Origin: Thermoanaerobaculia bacterium
GTDB taxonomy: Bacteria > Acidobacteriota > Thermoanaerobaculia > Gp7-AA8
Direction of reading: 5' to 3'
Assembly: GCA_035546335.1 (NCBI GenBank)
Contig: DATKDP010000002.1
Span: 8,774-72,773, forward strand
DNA: 64,000 bases
The number at the start of each line of letters is the position of its first letter. Position 1 is the stretch's first letter. Positions 1 through 10,323 of this stretch are shown one piece after another. The translations under genes were made by a program, and so were the position numbers. Below the pieces are notes generated by a model. It had not been told where the DNA came from, did no database searches, and saw only the letters and a list, made by a program, of their open reading frames with translations.

Positions 1-1
1 C

Positions 2-292
2 AACAGCTTCTCGGCGTGGACGATCTCGGCCGCGTCGCGCGTTTCGATTCCCGATTCGCAGAGCGGCTTCCGGCTGTACACCGCCGAGCTGCTGCGCCGA
101 TTGCGGATCGATGCGAACGGGTTCGATGCCGAGAGCGAAGTGATCGTTCGGGCGGGGCGAATGGGATTCCGGATCGTCTCGATTCCAATCGAGCTCGGAT
201 TCGTCGACGGGGTTGCAACGAGCCACTACCGTCCGCTGGCGGATACAATTCGGATCGCGTTCCGGGTGGTGCGCACGGTGTTGAGATCGTGA
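2..292 (+). CDS. Glycosyltransferase family 2-like protein, C-terminal fragment (5' end outside window)
   Basis: Frame 2 is open from the window edge to the stop at 290-292. Translation ...SIPDSQSGFRLYTAELLRRLRIDANGFDAESEVIVRAGRMGFRIVSIPIEL... resembles the conserved C-terminal half of GT2 polyprenol-phosphate glycosyltransferases. Confidence 0.55.
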   Translation, partial: NSFSAWTISAASRVSIPDSQSGFRLYTAELLRRLRIDANGFDAESEVIVRAGRMGFRIVSIPIELGFVDGVATSHYRPLADTIRIAFRVVRTVLRS

Positions 293-322
293 GCGTTTGC
301 GTCGCACGTGTCTCCCGCGACC

Positions 323-417
323 ACCGTCACGTTTCTCGTAGGGGCGAAGCATTTGCGCGCAGGCCGCGGCGACAGGCTCGCGTGACTGGAGCGAAGCGCA
401 AATGCTTCGTCCCTACG
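323..417. repeat. REP-like repeat family A, full hairpin copy
   Basis: Arm CGTAGGGGCGAAGCATTTGCGC (337-358) pairs with GCGCAAATGCTTCGTCCCTACG (396-417), with one G:T and a ~35-nt loop. The arm-plus-loop unit recurs at 23406-23445 (same strand) and 57124-57197 (reverse complement). It sits between convergent genes. Confidence 0.85.
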
Positions 418-460
418 CGGAGCACAATAACGCTGTGCGCCCCCGCTCGGGACGGCACCG

Positions 461-1783
461 CTACGTCGTGGCCGAGCCTCTCGCGCCGCCGAGCGTCGAC
501 TTCGCGAAGATGAAATCGAGCATCTGTTTCGGCTTGTAGAGCCGCACGTCGCCAAGCTCGCTCGGCCGGCGCGTCTTCATCGTGAAGAGGGCGCGCTGGG
601 TGACGTAATCGAAGTTCGCGCGGAAGTCGTCTTCTCGCTTCTGGTGGAACATCGACTTGAGCATCGTCAACTGGCTCGCCAGGTGATCGCTCGGATCGGA
701 TACCTGGTAGCGGACGTGAGGTTGTCGCTTCGGAGGTTTCACAGGATCGAGGCCGATCGCGGTGACTCGCAGATCCTCGAGCTCCTGGGCGACGCGGTCG
801 TATCGAGTCCGCTTGGTCTCCTCCGGCGCCAGGAGGGCAGGAGTCTTCGAGCAGTTGGCGCGGTGGATGCCGTCGCTCTTCGAGATCCATCCGAGGTTGG
901 TGATGCCGCAGCGGCTGGAGACGTTGGTCGTCAGATTCTCGATGAAAGGCTTGACCGCCGTGTTGAACGTTTCCTCGATCCCGTTGAATAGATTGAGGAC
1001 GTAATAGGTGCGGAACTCGTCGATGGTGTTTTGCACGGTCGTGGTGACCGGATGTTCGCCGAGCGAGGCGAACAGGTCGTCGGCGAAGGCGTCGAGGTTG
1101 AGGATCGAAGAATCGTAGACGTCCTCGACGCTGTCGATCAGATCGTTGATCAGTTTCCAGAGGTCGATGCGGGAGCCCACCGTCTCGAAGAAGGGCGATT
1201 CCTTTCCGAAGATCAGACGCAGCTTGCGGAAGAGAATGGCCTTGACGATGTCGGATGCGGCGAGGGTCGCCGCTGGAAGCTGCGGTGTGAAAACGAGAAT
1301 TCCGGAATTGGAGAAGGGAAGAAAATCGAGGACGTTCGAGTCGAGGCCGGCCTTCAGATCGAGAACGATGTAGTCGGCGTCGAGGCTGTTGATCGAATCG
1401 ATCAGGCGCTCCTTCCGCTCCGGCCCGAAGTTGGTGATCTCCTCGATCAGATGGAGCGGCCCGGCGATGAATCCGAAGTTGCGGTATCGCCGCTCGCGAT
1501 CGAGCTTGTCGTCGAGCGGCGTGATGCAGGAGGAGAGCGGCTCGTTCCGCTTGAAGAAGTGGTAGAGGTCCTTGTCGATCGGTACGTCGATGGCGTTGCG
1601 GATCGACGAGGTCCCGGTGTCGAGATCGATCAGAACCGTTCGGCCGTACTGGGAGAGCGCAAGGGAGAAGTTCACGGCAAAGGTCGTCTTGCCGACGCCC
1701 CCTTTGCCCGAAGAGACCGGGATGATCCGCTTGATTGGCAACTCGGTCAGTCCTGTTCGTACGGTTGGCCCTGAGTGTAGCAC
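461..1783 (-). CDS. ParA/MinD-family P-loop ATPase with a long C-terminal extension
   Basis: 440-aa ORF. The N-terminus carries the deviant Walker A VSSGKGGVGKTT and MinD/ParA-like downstream motifs. The ~200-aa C-terminal half is not recognisable. Confidence 0.75.
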   Translation of the reverse strand: MLHSGPTVRTGLTELPIKRIIPVSSGKGGVGKTTFAVNFSLALSQYGRTVLIDLDTGTSSIRNAIDVPIDKDLYHFFKRNEPLSSCITPLDDKLDRERRYRNFGFIAGPLHLIEEITNFGPERKERLIDSINSLDADYIVLDLKAGLDSNVLDFLPFSNSGILVFTPQLPAATLAASDIVKAILFRKLRLIFGKESPFFETVGSRIDLWKLINDLIDSVEDVYDSSILNLDAFADDLFASLGEHPVTTTVQNTIDEFRTYYVLNLFNGIEETFNTAVKPFIENLTTNVSSRCGITNLGWISKSDGIHRANCSKTPALLAPEETKRTRYDRVAQELEDLRVTAIGLDPVKPPKRQPHVRYQVSDPSDHLASQLTMLKSMFHQKREDDFRANFDYVTQRALFTMKTRRPSELGDVRLYKPKQMLDFIFAKSTLGGARGSATT

Positions 1784-1884
1784 TCCGGAAGCGAGCCCCG
1801 TTGGTGTCAGAAGAATGTCAAAAGCAGGTGCGCGGGCCGCGGAGTCCGTCTGTTTCGGCGAGCAGATGCTAGAATCGAAGGGAA

Positions 1885-2577
1885 GTGCTCGACGTCAATT
1901 TTTTCAGAAAGTTCGCTCTGTTCGCCGAGCTCGACGATCAGGAGCTGCGCGCGATCGCCTCGGTGGCGAAGCCCCGTCGCTATGCGAAGGACGAGGTGAT
2001 CTTTCACGCGGACGAGAGTGGTGACGTTTTCTGCCTGATCCGCGGTGGTCGCGTGAAGGTGACCATCATCTCGCCGGAGGGGAAGGAGATCATTCTCTCG
2101 ATCCTGGGGCCCGGCGATTTTTTCGGTGAGATGGCGCTGCTCGACAACGAGCCGCGCTCAGCGAATGTGATCGCCATCGAGCCGCTGGAGGTGATGACGA
2201 TCTGGAGAAGCGACTTTCTTCAGCTCCTCAGTGAGAACTTCACGCTGACCCGAAAAATCCTCGCGGAGCTCTCGCACCGGCTTCGCGAAGCGTCGAACCG
2301 GATCGAGTCGCTGGCAACGATGGACGTGAACGGTCGTCTGGCGCGATTTCTACTGGGTCTGGCGCAGACCAGCGGCAAGTCTCTCGACAATGGATTCGTC
2401 GCCATCACGCGGCCGACGCATCAGGCGATCGCGAACATGATCGGAACCTCCAGAGAGACGGTTTCGAGGTTGATTCACGAGCTGATGAAACAGAACCTTC
2501 TCCTTTCGGAAGGAAAAACCATCTACCTCAGGAAGGCAGCTCTCGATCAGTTCAGGGCCGAGCTCCCCCGCGGATGA
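1885..2577 (+). CDS. Crp/Fnr-family transcriptional regulator
   Basis: 230 aa with a GTG start. cNMP-binding beta-roll (GDFFGEMALLD..PRSA) plus a C-terminal HTH with RETVSRL recognition helix. Confidence 0.9.
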   Translation: MLDVNFFRKFALFAELDDQELRAIASVAKPRRYAKDEVIFHADESGDVFCLIRGGRVKVTIISPEGKEIILSILGPGDFFGEMALLDNEPRSANVIAIEPLEVMTIWRSDFLQLLSENFTLTRKILAELSHRLREASNRIESLATMDVNGRLARFLLGLAQTSGKSLDNGFVAITRPTHQAIANMIGTSRETVSRLIHELMKQNLLLSEGKTIYLRKAALDQFRAELPRG

Positions 2578-3161
2578 ACAACCGAGCCATCTCCGGCAGG
2601 AGAAGCCGGGTGCTCACGGTTCCAAACGCTCTGACCCTGGTGCGGATCCTCGTCATCCCGTTCTTTCTGATCGCCTCGATGCGATCGGCCTTCACGCTCG
2701 CCTTGATCCTCTTCCTTTTCGCCGGAGTCACCGATGTGATCGATGGCTACATTGCGCGGAGGTTCGATCAGAGATCGAAGCTCGGCGCGGTGCTCGACCC
2801 GGCGGCGGACAAGACGATGATGATCGCCGGCTACATTCTCTTCACCTTTCACGAGGCGGTCCGATTCCGGCTTCCCGTCTGGCTTACCTTCACCGTCTTC
2901 GCCCGGGATGTCCTGATCGTGTTCGTCGCCTACCTCCTCTACACACGTGTTCGCGTGACGCGGTTCCCACCGTCGGTGGCGGGAAAGGTCTCGACACTGT
3001 TGCAGATCGTTGCCCTCTCGGCCACGATCGCCGTCAACGGCACGCCGATCGAGCCGGCCGTGCGGCCACTGGTCGGCCCCGTCTGCCGCCTCGCGCTCCT
3101 CGCCACGCTCTATTCGGGGTTCGACTACCTCCGCCGGGCGCGGATGGCGCTCGGAGCGTGA
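2574..3161 (+). CDS. pgsA: CDP-alcohol phosphatidyltransferase (phosphatidylglycerophosphate synthase-like)
   Basis: 195 aa. D-x2-DG-x2-AR...G-x3-D-x3-D motif (TDVIDGYIARRFDQRSKLGAVLDPAADK) in a multi-TM protein. ATGA overlap with the upstream crp-like stop. Confidence 0.8.
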   Translation: MNNRAISGRRSRVLTVPNALTLVRILVIPFFLIASMRSAFTLALILFLFAGVTDVIDGYIARRFDQRSKLGAVLDPAADKTMMIAGYILFTFHEAVRFRLPVWLTFTVFARDVLIVFVAYLLYTRVRVTRFPPSVAGKVSTLLQIVALSATIAVNGTPIEPAVRPLVGPVCRLALLATLYSGFDYLRRARMALGA

Positions 3162-3196
3162 CACCCTGAAGGACGAGCTTTGCCGCCCGCAACTTC

Positions 3197-3272
3197 GGGG
3201 TCGGGCGCGAGACGCCCGCTCTCCCGTGTGGCGTGCAGCGAGCAGGAGGCGGGCGCGGGACGCCCGCTCTTC
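3197..3272. repeat. Two copies of short GC hairpin repeat family D
   Basis: GGGGTCGGGCGCGAGACGCCCGCTCTCC (3197-3224) and GAGGCGGGCGCGGGACGCCCGCTCTTC (3248-3272). These are reverse complements of the copies at 37569-37596 and 61292-61320. Confidence 0.7.
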
Positions 3273-3349
3273 ACTGCGACTAGGAGGGGGAATGCTGTAC
3301 GGGGGGAGGGGGTTACTTTCCTGCGCCGGCGCCTCGCGAGGCGGTGTGA

Positions 3350-3378
3350 TTGACCGTCGAGGGCTCACCGCCTACAAT
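3350..3378 (+). promoter_or_regulatory. Sigma-70-type promoter for tRNA-Lys
   Basis: TTGACC (3350-3355), 17-nt spacer, TACAAT (3373-3378), about 28 nt upstream of the tRNA 5' end. Confidence 0.6.
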
Positions 3379-3405
3379 CCGCCGCGCATGCTTCGCTCGA
3401 ATCGT

Positions 3406-3481
<76 letters not shown>

Positions 3482-3589
3482 GATCCGGCCGCGAGCGGAT
3501 CCGGATCGGCGTGACGCAACGGGTCTGGGGCCGGGCGCGCGACTCCGAATGGCCGGCCGCAGAGGCGAAGGCAGATGCTCGCCGCGAGT

Positions 3590-3618
3590 TTGGACAAAAC
3601 CTTGCTGTCATCTATGAT
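3590..3618 (+). promoter_or_regulatory. Sigma-70-type promoter for tRNA-Leu (and possibly tig)
   Basis: TTGGAC (3590-3595), 17-nt spacer, TATGAT (3613-3618), 20 nt upstream of the tRNA. Confidence 0.55.
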
Positions 3619-3638
3619 CGCCGTGCAAGTCTTCCCGC

Positions 3639-3724
<86 letters not shown>

Positions 3725-3743
3725 GCTCCAACCGCACTTCGAG

Positions 3744-5042
3744 ATGCTCACGATGCTGACTGACATGAAAGATCTTTCCTCGGTGAAGAAAGCCATCGAA
3801 GTCGAAGTTCCCGCCGACGCCGTGGCTCGCGAGATCGAGACGGTCACGGGGGAGTTCGGCCGGAAGGCGAAGGTGCCGGGCTTTCGTCCCGGAAAGGTTC
3901 CCAGCACGGTGATCCGCAAGCGCTTCCTGACCGACATCCGGGAAGAGGTGGTTCAGCGGCTGCTGCCGCGATTCTTCCACGACGCGCTCGCCGAAAAGGG
4001 AATGGTGGCTGTCGGCAGCCCGGATGTGCGGCGTGTCGATCCGCTCCTCGAGGGGGCGCCGCTGAAGTTCGAGGTGGAGTTCGAGATCAAACCGCAATTC
4101 GAGGTGAAGAACTGGCGGGGGCTCGAGCTCGAGCTCGCCGATGCGACGGTCACCGAAGACGAGGTGACGGCGATGATCGAACGGCTGCGGGACCAGGCCA
4201 GCACGTTCCGGCCCGTCGAGGGACGCGGCGCGGAAGATGGCGACTACGTAGTGATGAACATCGACACTTCCGGCGAAGGGGTCGAGCCACGACACAGCGA
4301 GTCGGCTCAGATTCAGCTCGGGGAAGAGAGTCCTCTGCCCGAGCTGCACGAGGCACTGCAGGGAAAGCGGCCCGGAGATCAGGCCGTGGTCGAGAAGCGC
4401 CATGGTGAGGATGCGGCGAACGAGGAGATTCGCGGCAAGACGGTTCGCTACGACATCGTGATCCGGGAGCTGCGCACGCGCGAGCGGCCGGATGTGACCG
4501 ACGAGATGGCCAGGAGCTTCGGCTGGGAATCGATCGCCGAGATGCGAGAGAGGATCTCCGAAGATCTGCGGGGCCACAAGGAGCACGAGTCGCTCCGTGC
4601 ACGGCGGGAAGAGGCGGCGAACAAGCTCGTCGAGATGCACTATTTCGAACTGCCGCAGTCGCTCGTCGACGAAGAGCTTGGAAGCTCGCTTCGAAACTAT
4701 GCCCGCTATCTCGCTTCGCAGGGAGTCGATGTGGAGAATGCCGAGATCGACTGGCAGAGGCTTCAGCGCGAGTTCCTTCCCGACGCGGAGAAGAGGACGA
4801 GGCGGGGATTGATTCTGGACGCGATCGGACGCGAAGAGAAGATCACGATCACCGATGCGGAAGTGGATGCGGAGATCCGGAGAGCAGCGGAAGGGAGTGC
4901 CAAGGAATTCGCCGAGGTCAAGCAGCGCTTACGGAAGGGCGGCGGATACGAGCAGTTGCGGATGACGATGATGCAGGAGAAGGCCCTCGATTCCGTCGTC
5001 AGCGAAGCGCGGCTGGTCCCTGCGGCCGGAGTCGCCCCCTGA
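3744..5042 (+). CDS. tig: Trigger factor
   Basis: N-terminal ribosome-binding signature GFRPGKVP and overall trigger-factor layout, in the conserved position upstream of clpP-clpX. Start uncertain (ATG at 3744, 3753 or 3765). The longer ORF from 3645 overlaps the tRNA and is rejected. Confidence 0.9.
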   Translation: MLTMLTDMKDLSSVKKAIEVEVPADAVAREIETVTGEFGRKAKVPGFRPGKVPSTVIRKRFLTDIREEVVQRLLPRFFHDALAEKGMVAVGSPDVRRVDPLLEGAPLKFEVEFEIKPQFEVKNWRGLELELADATVTEDEVTAMIERLRDQASTFRPVEGRGAEDGDYVVMNIDTSGEGVEPRHSESAQIQLGEESPLPELHEALQGKRPGDQAVVEKRHGEDAANEEIRGKTVRYDIVIRELRTRERPDVTDEMARSFGWESIAEMRERISEDLRGHKEHESLRARREEAANKLVEMHYFELPQSLVDEELGSSLRNYARYLASQGVDVENAEIDWQRLQREFLPDAEKRTRRGLILDAIGREEKITITDAEVDAEIRRAAEGSAKEFAEVKQRLRKGGGYEQLRMTMMQEKALDSVVSEARLVPAAGVAP

Positions 5043-5115
5043 GTCCGCCGGTATCGCCTGTGGTAGTGTTCCGCCGCCAGGCATTCGCAGCAGGCAAAGG
5101 AAGAGTGAGGAGACT

Positions 5116-5703
5116 ATGGTGCTCATTCCGATGGTGGTGGAGCAGACGAGCCGGGGCGAGCGCGCCTACGACATCTACTCCCGGCTGCTGAAAGACAACG
5201 TCATTTTCCTGGGACAGCCGATCGACGACACGGTCTCGAATCTCGTCATCGCCCAGATGCTGTTTCTCGAGGCGGAGAACCCGGAGAAGGACATCTCGAT
5301 CTACATCAACTCCCCGGGCGGCTCCATCACCTCGGGTCTGGCGATCTACGACACGATGCAGTACGTGAAGCCCGACATCACCACGATCTGCATCGGTCAG
5401 GCGGCCTCGATGGCCGCGGTCCTGCTCGCGGCGGGAAAAAAGGGGAAGCGGTATGCGCTTCCGAACTCGCGTGTTCTGATTCACCAGCCGCTCATGTACG
5501 GGCTTGGAGGACAGGCGAGCGAGATCGACATTCACGCGCGCGACATCATGAAGATGAAGCAGCGGATCAATGCGATTCTGGCCAACCACACGGGGCAGCC
5601 GATCGAGAAGATCGACCGCGACACCGACCGTGACTACATCCTCCAGGCGGACGATTCGGTCGAGTACGGCCTGGTCGATCAGGTGATCGCCAAGCGCGAG
5701 TGA
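5116..5703 (+). CDS. clpP: ATP-dependent Clp protease proteolytic subunit
   Basis: 195 aa, near-canonical ClpP sequence ([15 protein letters not shown]...[19 protein letters not shown]...GQAASMAA). GAGGAG RBS upstream. Confidence 0.97.
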   Translation: MVLIPMVVEQTSRGERAYDIYSRLLKDNVIFLGQPIDDTVSNLVIAQMLFLEAENPEKDISIYINSPGGSITSGLAIYDTMQYVKPDITTICIGQAASMAAVLLAAGKKGKRYALPNSRVLIHQPLMYGLGGQASEIDIHARDIMKMKQRINAILANHTGQPIEKIDRDTDRDYILQADDSVEYGLVDQVIAKRE

Positions 5704-5761
5704 CGCCGCGGAATGAAGTTCGATCCCCCCCATGTTCAGACAAGCGAACGCGCCCCGCTTC

Positions 5762-5790
5762 TTGACAGCGATCGAGACGCGTAGAACAAT
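5762..5790 (+). promoter_or_regulatory. Possible internal promoter for clpX
   Basis: TTGACA (5762-5767), 17-nt spacer, AACAAT (5785-5790) in the clpP-clpX gap. Confidence 0.4.
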
Positions 5791-5818
5791 GAAATCGGCG
5801 GAAGGGATCTGAGCTCGA

Positions 5819-7069
5819 ATGTCGAAAAAGGGGAACAGCGGCGACGTCCTGCGGTGCAGCTTCTGCAACAAATCGCAGCGCGATGTGAAAAAGCTGATCG
5901 CCGGACCCACCGTCTACATCTGTGACGAGTGCGTCGACATCTGTCTCGACATCATTGCCGAGGATCGAAAAGACGAGCCGGGTGCGCTCGAGGCGAGTGG
6001 AAGCCTTCCGAAGCCGAAGGAGATCAAGGAGTTCCTCGACCTCTATGTGATCGGCCAGGAGCGGGCGAAGAAGAAGCTCGCCGTGGCCGTCTACAATCAC
6101 TACAAGCGGATCGACTACCAGCAGAAGAACGCGCGCCAGGACGTCGAGCTCCAGAAGTCGAACATCCTTCTGATCGGCCCGACCGGGACCGGCAAGACGC
6201 TGCTGGCACAGACGCTCGCCCGCATGCTGTCAGTCCCCTTCACGATCGTCGATGCGACGACGCTGACCGAAGCGGGCTATGTCGGCGAAGACGTCGAGAA
6301 CATCATCCTCAAGCTCTACCAGGCAGCGGGGAACGACAAGGAGAAGTCCCAGAGAGGCATCGTCTACATCGACGAGGTCGACAAGATCTGCCGCAAGGGG
6401 GACAACCCGTCGATCACCCGCGATGTGTCAGGCGAAGGGGTTCAGCAGGCGCTGCTGAAGATTCTCGAGGGAACCGTGGCCAATGTTCCGCCGCAGGGAG
6501 GGCGGAAGCATCCTCACCAGGAATTCATTCAGATCGACACGACCAACATTCTCTTCATCTGCGGAGGAGCGTTCGTCGGACTCGAAGGCCTCATCGAGCG
6601 CCGCATGTCGGAGAGAACGATGGGCTTCGGTGCGAAGATCAGCTCGAAGAAGGACAGGCGAGTCAGCGAGCTGCTGGCTCAGGTGCATCCGGAAGATCTG
6701 ATCAAGTACGGTCTGATCCCCGAGTTCGTGGGGCGGTTGCCGGTGGTGGCGACTCTGGGCGAGCTGGATCGTTCGGCTCTGATCGAGATTCTGAAGGAGC
6801 CGAAGAACTCGCTGGTGCGTCAGTACGAGACGATGATGGGCTTCGAGAATGTCTCTCTGAAGTTCACCGACGATGCGCTCGAAGCGATCGCGGACGAAGC
6901 TCTGAAGAGGAATGTGGGTGCGCGCGGGCTCAAGATCATCATCGAGGAGCTGATGCTCGAGATCATGTACACGGTGCCGTCGCAGGATGCGATCTCCGAG
7001 TGCGTGATCACGCGCGAGGTCGTGTTGAATCGAAGCCAGCCGATCACGCTGTTCCGCAAGGCCGGCTAG
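5819..7069 (+). CDS. clpX: ATP-dependent Clp protease ATP-binding subunit ClpX
   Basis: N-terminal C4 zinc finger (CSFCNKSQ...CDEC), Walker A GPTGTGKT and overall ClpX sequence. Confidence 0.97.
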   Translation: MSKKGNSGDVLRCSFCNKSQRDVKKLIAGPTVYICDECVDICLDIIAEDRKDEPGALEASGSLPKPKEIKEFLDLYVIGQERAKKKLAVAVYNHYKRIDYQQKNARQDVELQKSNILLIGPTGTGKTLLAQTLARMLSVPFTIVDATTLTEAGYVGEDVENIILKLYQAAGNDKEKSQRGIVYIDEVDKICRKGDNPSITRDVSGEGVQQALLKILEGTVANVPPQGGRKHPHQEFIQIDTTNILFICGGAFVGLEGLIERRMSERTMGFGAKISSKKDRRVSELLAQVHPEDLIKYGLIPEFVGRLPVVATLGELDRSALIEILKEPKNSLVRQYETMMGFENVSLKFTDDALEAIADEALKRNVGARGLKIIIEELMLEIMYTVPSQDAISECVITREVVLNRSQPITLFRKAG

Positions 7070-7138
7070 AACCAGCACAACCTCCGAGGGCTGGCGTTTC
7101 TGCAGAATCGCAGGAGATGGTTCAGGGGACAACTGCAT

Positions 7139-9544
7139 ATGGGCAATGAACTGATGACTTCCGCTCGACTTCCGCTCGTGCCGCTTCGCGACATGGTCGT
7201 CTTTCCGGCGATGATGGCGCCCTTCGTGGTGGGGCGGAAGGCCTCGATTCTCGCTCTCGAGGCGACTCTGGCCACGAGCGAGAAGAGGATCTTCCTCGCA
7301 ACCCAGAAGGACCCGAAGGTCGACGATCCCGGCATGAAAGAGATCTATCGCGTGGGTGTCGTCGCCACGGTCGTGCAGAACCTCAAGCTGCCCAACCAGA
7401 ACGTCAAGGTCATGGTCGAAGGGATCGGCCGTGCCGAGATCGTCTCCTCGCGCGAGGTCGACGGCTACATCACCGTCGACGTGCAGGCGGTGGACACCCA
7501 CTATCCGCTCACCCCCGAGGTCTCGGAGTACATCCAGAAGCTGGTGGAGATCTTCGAGCAATACGCGAAGATGTCCCACCATCTCGCCTTCGAAGGCGTC
7601 ATGTCGACTCTCAAGCTCGACGACCCCGACAAGTTCGCCGACACGCTCGCTTCGCACCTTTTGATCACCACGGCCGAAAAGCAGCAGCTTCTCGAGACCC
7701 CGAGTCCCTATGAGCGGCTGCAGAAGCTCCAGGACTTCCTCGAGATCGAGATCGAAAAGATCAACATCGACAAGAGAATCAACTCCAAAGTCAAAAAGCA
7801 GATGGAGCGGGCCCAGAAGGAGTACTACCTCAACGAGAAGATCAAGGCCATCCATCAGGAGCTCGGCCGGAAGGACGATCGCTCGGACGAGATCGAAGAG
7901 CTCCGCCAGAAGATCGAAGAGGCGGGGATGCCGAAGGAGACGAAAGAAAAGGCGTTGCAGGAGCTCAAGCGGCTCGAAGCGATGCCCGGCGTCTCGGCGG
8001 AGGCGACCGTCTCACGAAACTACATCGAGTGGCTCGTCTCGGTTCCCTGGAAGAAGGCGACCAAGGAGATCAAGGACATCGATCTCGCCGAGCGGATTCT
8101 CAATGAGGATCATTTCGGTCTCGAGAAGATCAAGGAGAGAATCCTCGAGTTTCTCGCCGTCCGGCAGCTGATCAAGGGACCCAAGGGGACGATCCTCTGC
8201 TTCGTGGGGCCTCCGGGCGTCGGAAAGACCTCGCTCGCCAAGTCGATCGCCAGGGCCACCGGTCGCAAGTTCGTCCGGCTGTCCCTCGGCGGCGTTCGCG
8301 ACGAGGCGGAGATCCGCGGTCATCGCCGCACCTACATCGGGGCATTCCCCGGCCAGATCATCCAGAGAATGAAAAAAGGGGGAACGGTCAATCCGGTCTT
8401 CCTCCTCGACGAAGTCGACAAGATGTCGATGGACTTCCGCGGCGACCCTTCTGCGGCGCTTCTCGAGGTCCTCGATCCGGAACAGAACAACGCCTTCGTC
8501 GATCACTATCTCGACGTCGAGTACGATCTGTCGAAGGTGATGTTCATCGCCACGGCCAACGTGATCCACACCATTCCCGCTCCGCTCAAGGACAGGATGG
8601 AGATCATCCACCTGTCCGGCTATACACATCTGGAGAAGCTGGCGATCGCTCGCCAGTTCCTCGTCCCGAAGCAGAAGCGCGAGCACGGTCTCGACGAGGC
8701 GAGCCTCGCCTTCGAAGACTCGGCGCTCGAAGAGCTGATCGATTCGTATACGAGGGAAGCGGGAGTCCGCAATCTCGAGCGCGAGATCGGATCGCTCTGC
8801 CGCAAGGTGGCGCGCAGCGTCCTGAGGGAAGGAAGTGCGTTCGCCATCACCATCGATCAGCAGAAGGTGCGCGAGCTCCTCGGCAAGCCGCGGTTCCGCT
8901 CGCAGGGAATGCAGGAAAAAAGCGAGATCGGTGTGGCCACGGGGCTGGCCTGGACCGAGGTGGGAGGCGAGATCCTCAGCACCGAAGTCGCTCTTTCACC
9001 GGGCAAGGGGAACCTGACGCTGACCGGGAAGCTGGGCGACGTGATGCAGGAGTCGGCGCGTGCGGCCCTGTCGTACGTCAGATCGCGTGCTCAACTCTTC
9101 GGAGTCGAGACCGATCATTTCGATAAGATCGACATTCACATCCACGTTCCCGAGGGAGCGATTCCCAAGGACGGCCCCTCAGCCGGGATCACGATGGCGA
9201 CGGCGCTGCTCTCGTCGATCACGAGAATTCCGGTGCATCGCGACATGGCCATGACCGGCGAGATCACCCTGCGGGGGAAGGTACTGCCGATCGGTGGATT
9301 GAAGGACAAGGTGCTGGCGGCCTCGCGCGTCGGGATCACCAGGATCATTCTGCCGGCCGACAACGAGCGCGATCTGCAGGACATCCCGGCGGACGTTCGC
9401 GAGAAGATGGAATTTCACCTGGTCGAGTCGATGGACGAGGTGGTGCTGCTGGCGCTCGATGGCACGATTGTTCCATTGGCTGCAAAGGACGAGCTGCCGC
9501 AACCGTCGAAGACGATCGGTGGCGAGGACGGCCTCACGCACTGA
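7139..9544 (+). CDS. lon: Lon protease
   Basis: 801 aa. LON N-domain, AAA+ Walker [10 protein letters not shown], and a C-terminal protease domain with PKDGPSAG catalytic Ser motif. Confidence 0.97.
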   Translation: MGNELMTSARLPLVPLRDMVVFPAMMAPFVVGRKASILALEATLATSEKRIFLATQKDPKVDDPGMKEIYRVGVVATVVQNLKLPNQNVKVMVEGIGRAEIVSSREVDGYITVDVQAVDTHYPLTPEVSEYIQKLVEIFEQYAKMSHHLAFEGVMSTLKLDDPDKFADTLASHLLITTAEKQQLLETPSPYERLQKLQDFLEIEIEKINIDKRINSKVKKQMERAQKEYYLNEKIKAIHQELGRKDDRSDEIEELRQKIEEAGMPKETKEKALQELKRLEAMPGVSAEATVSRNYIEWLVSVPWKKATKEIKDIDLAERILNEDHFGLEKIKERILEFLAVRQLIKGPKGTILCFVGPPGVGKTSLAKSIARATGRKFVRLSLGGVRDEAEIRGHRRTYIGAFPGQIIQRMKKGGTVNPVFLLDEVDKMSMDFRGDPSAALLEVLDPEQNNAFVDHYLDVEYDLSKVMFIATANVIHTIPAPLKDRMEIIHLSGYTHLEKLAIARQFLVPKQKREHGLDEASLAFEDSALEELIDSYTREAGVRNLEREIGSLCRKVARSVLREGSAFAITIDQQKVRELLGKPRFRSQGMQEKSEIGVATGLAWTEVGGEILSTEVALSPGKGNLTLTGKLGDVMQESARAALSYVRSRAQLFGVETDHFDKIDIHIHVPEGAIPKDGPSAGITMATALLSSITRIPVHRDMAMTGEITLRGKVLPIGGLKDKVLAASRVGITRIILPADNERDLQDIPADVREKMEFHLVESMDEVVLLALDGTIVPLAAKDELPQPSKTIGGEDGLTH

Positions 9545-9698
9545 CGAAACGACGAGACCAGCGAGCCGCCGACTCGGGGCTCGGTACCGCGATTTGACAG
9601 CCGTGGGAGAATATCCGGAGCATCTTTCGACAGCTCCAATTCTCCTCCAGAGACTTTTGTGACCCAGCTTCCCCGAACCGGGGAAAGTTCAGCCTGAG

Positions 9699-10286
9699 TT
9701 GGAAATCCAGTCAGTTCATTTCTACAGGGCGGCGTACGAGCCCGAACACTTTCCCCGTGATCAGCGACCGCAGTTCGCCATCGTCGGTCGCTCGAACGTA
9801 GGAAAGTCGAGCTTCATCAATTCGATTCTTCGAAGGCGTGGGCTGGCGAGAGTCAGCCAGACGCCGGGGAAAACGCAGGCCGTTCAGTTTTATCTGCTCA
9901 ATGACAAGGTCTATCTCGTCGATCTGCCCGGTTACGGCTACGCGAAGGTTCCGCGGGCGATCACAGCTTCGTGGGGAACGCTGGTTCGCTCGTATCTCGA
10001 GAGCAGCAGCGGAGCGATCCGGCTGCTTTTTCTCCTCGTCGATGGGCGACGGATCCCTTCGGAGCACGACCTGTCGATGCGCGACTGGATGATCGAGGCG
10101 GGAATTCGGTGGAAGGTGGTACTGACCAAAGTGGACAAGCTCTCGGGAAACGAGCTGGCGCGAAGCCGCAGGGCGATCGCCGGCAAACTGGATGTTGCAG
10201 CAGCGGATCTGATCGACTTCTCGAGTGTCACCAGACAGGGGACCGAGAGGATCTGGCGCGAGATCGATGAGAGACTCAGATCGTAG
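9699..10286 (+). CDS. engB: Ribosome-biogenesis GTPase EngB/YihA/YsxC
   Basis: [14 protein letters not shown]1 motif, DLPGYGYA G3 motif, TKVDK G4 motif. TTG start as given in the ORF track. Confidence 0.85.
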   Translation: MEIQSVHFYRAAYEPEHFPRDQRPQFAIVGRSNVGKSSFINSILRRRGLARVSQTPGKTQAVQFYLLNDKVYLVDLPGYGYAKVPRAITASWGTLVRSYLESSSGAIRLLFLLVDGRRIPSEHDLSMRDWMIEAGIRWKVVLTKVDKLSGNELARSRRAIAGKLDVAAADLIDFSSVTRQGTERIWREIDERLRS

Positions 10287-10323
10287 GAATGCAGACGAGA
10301 GCCGGCCGGAGGGCCGGCCGACG

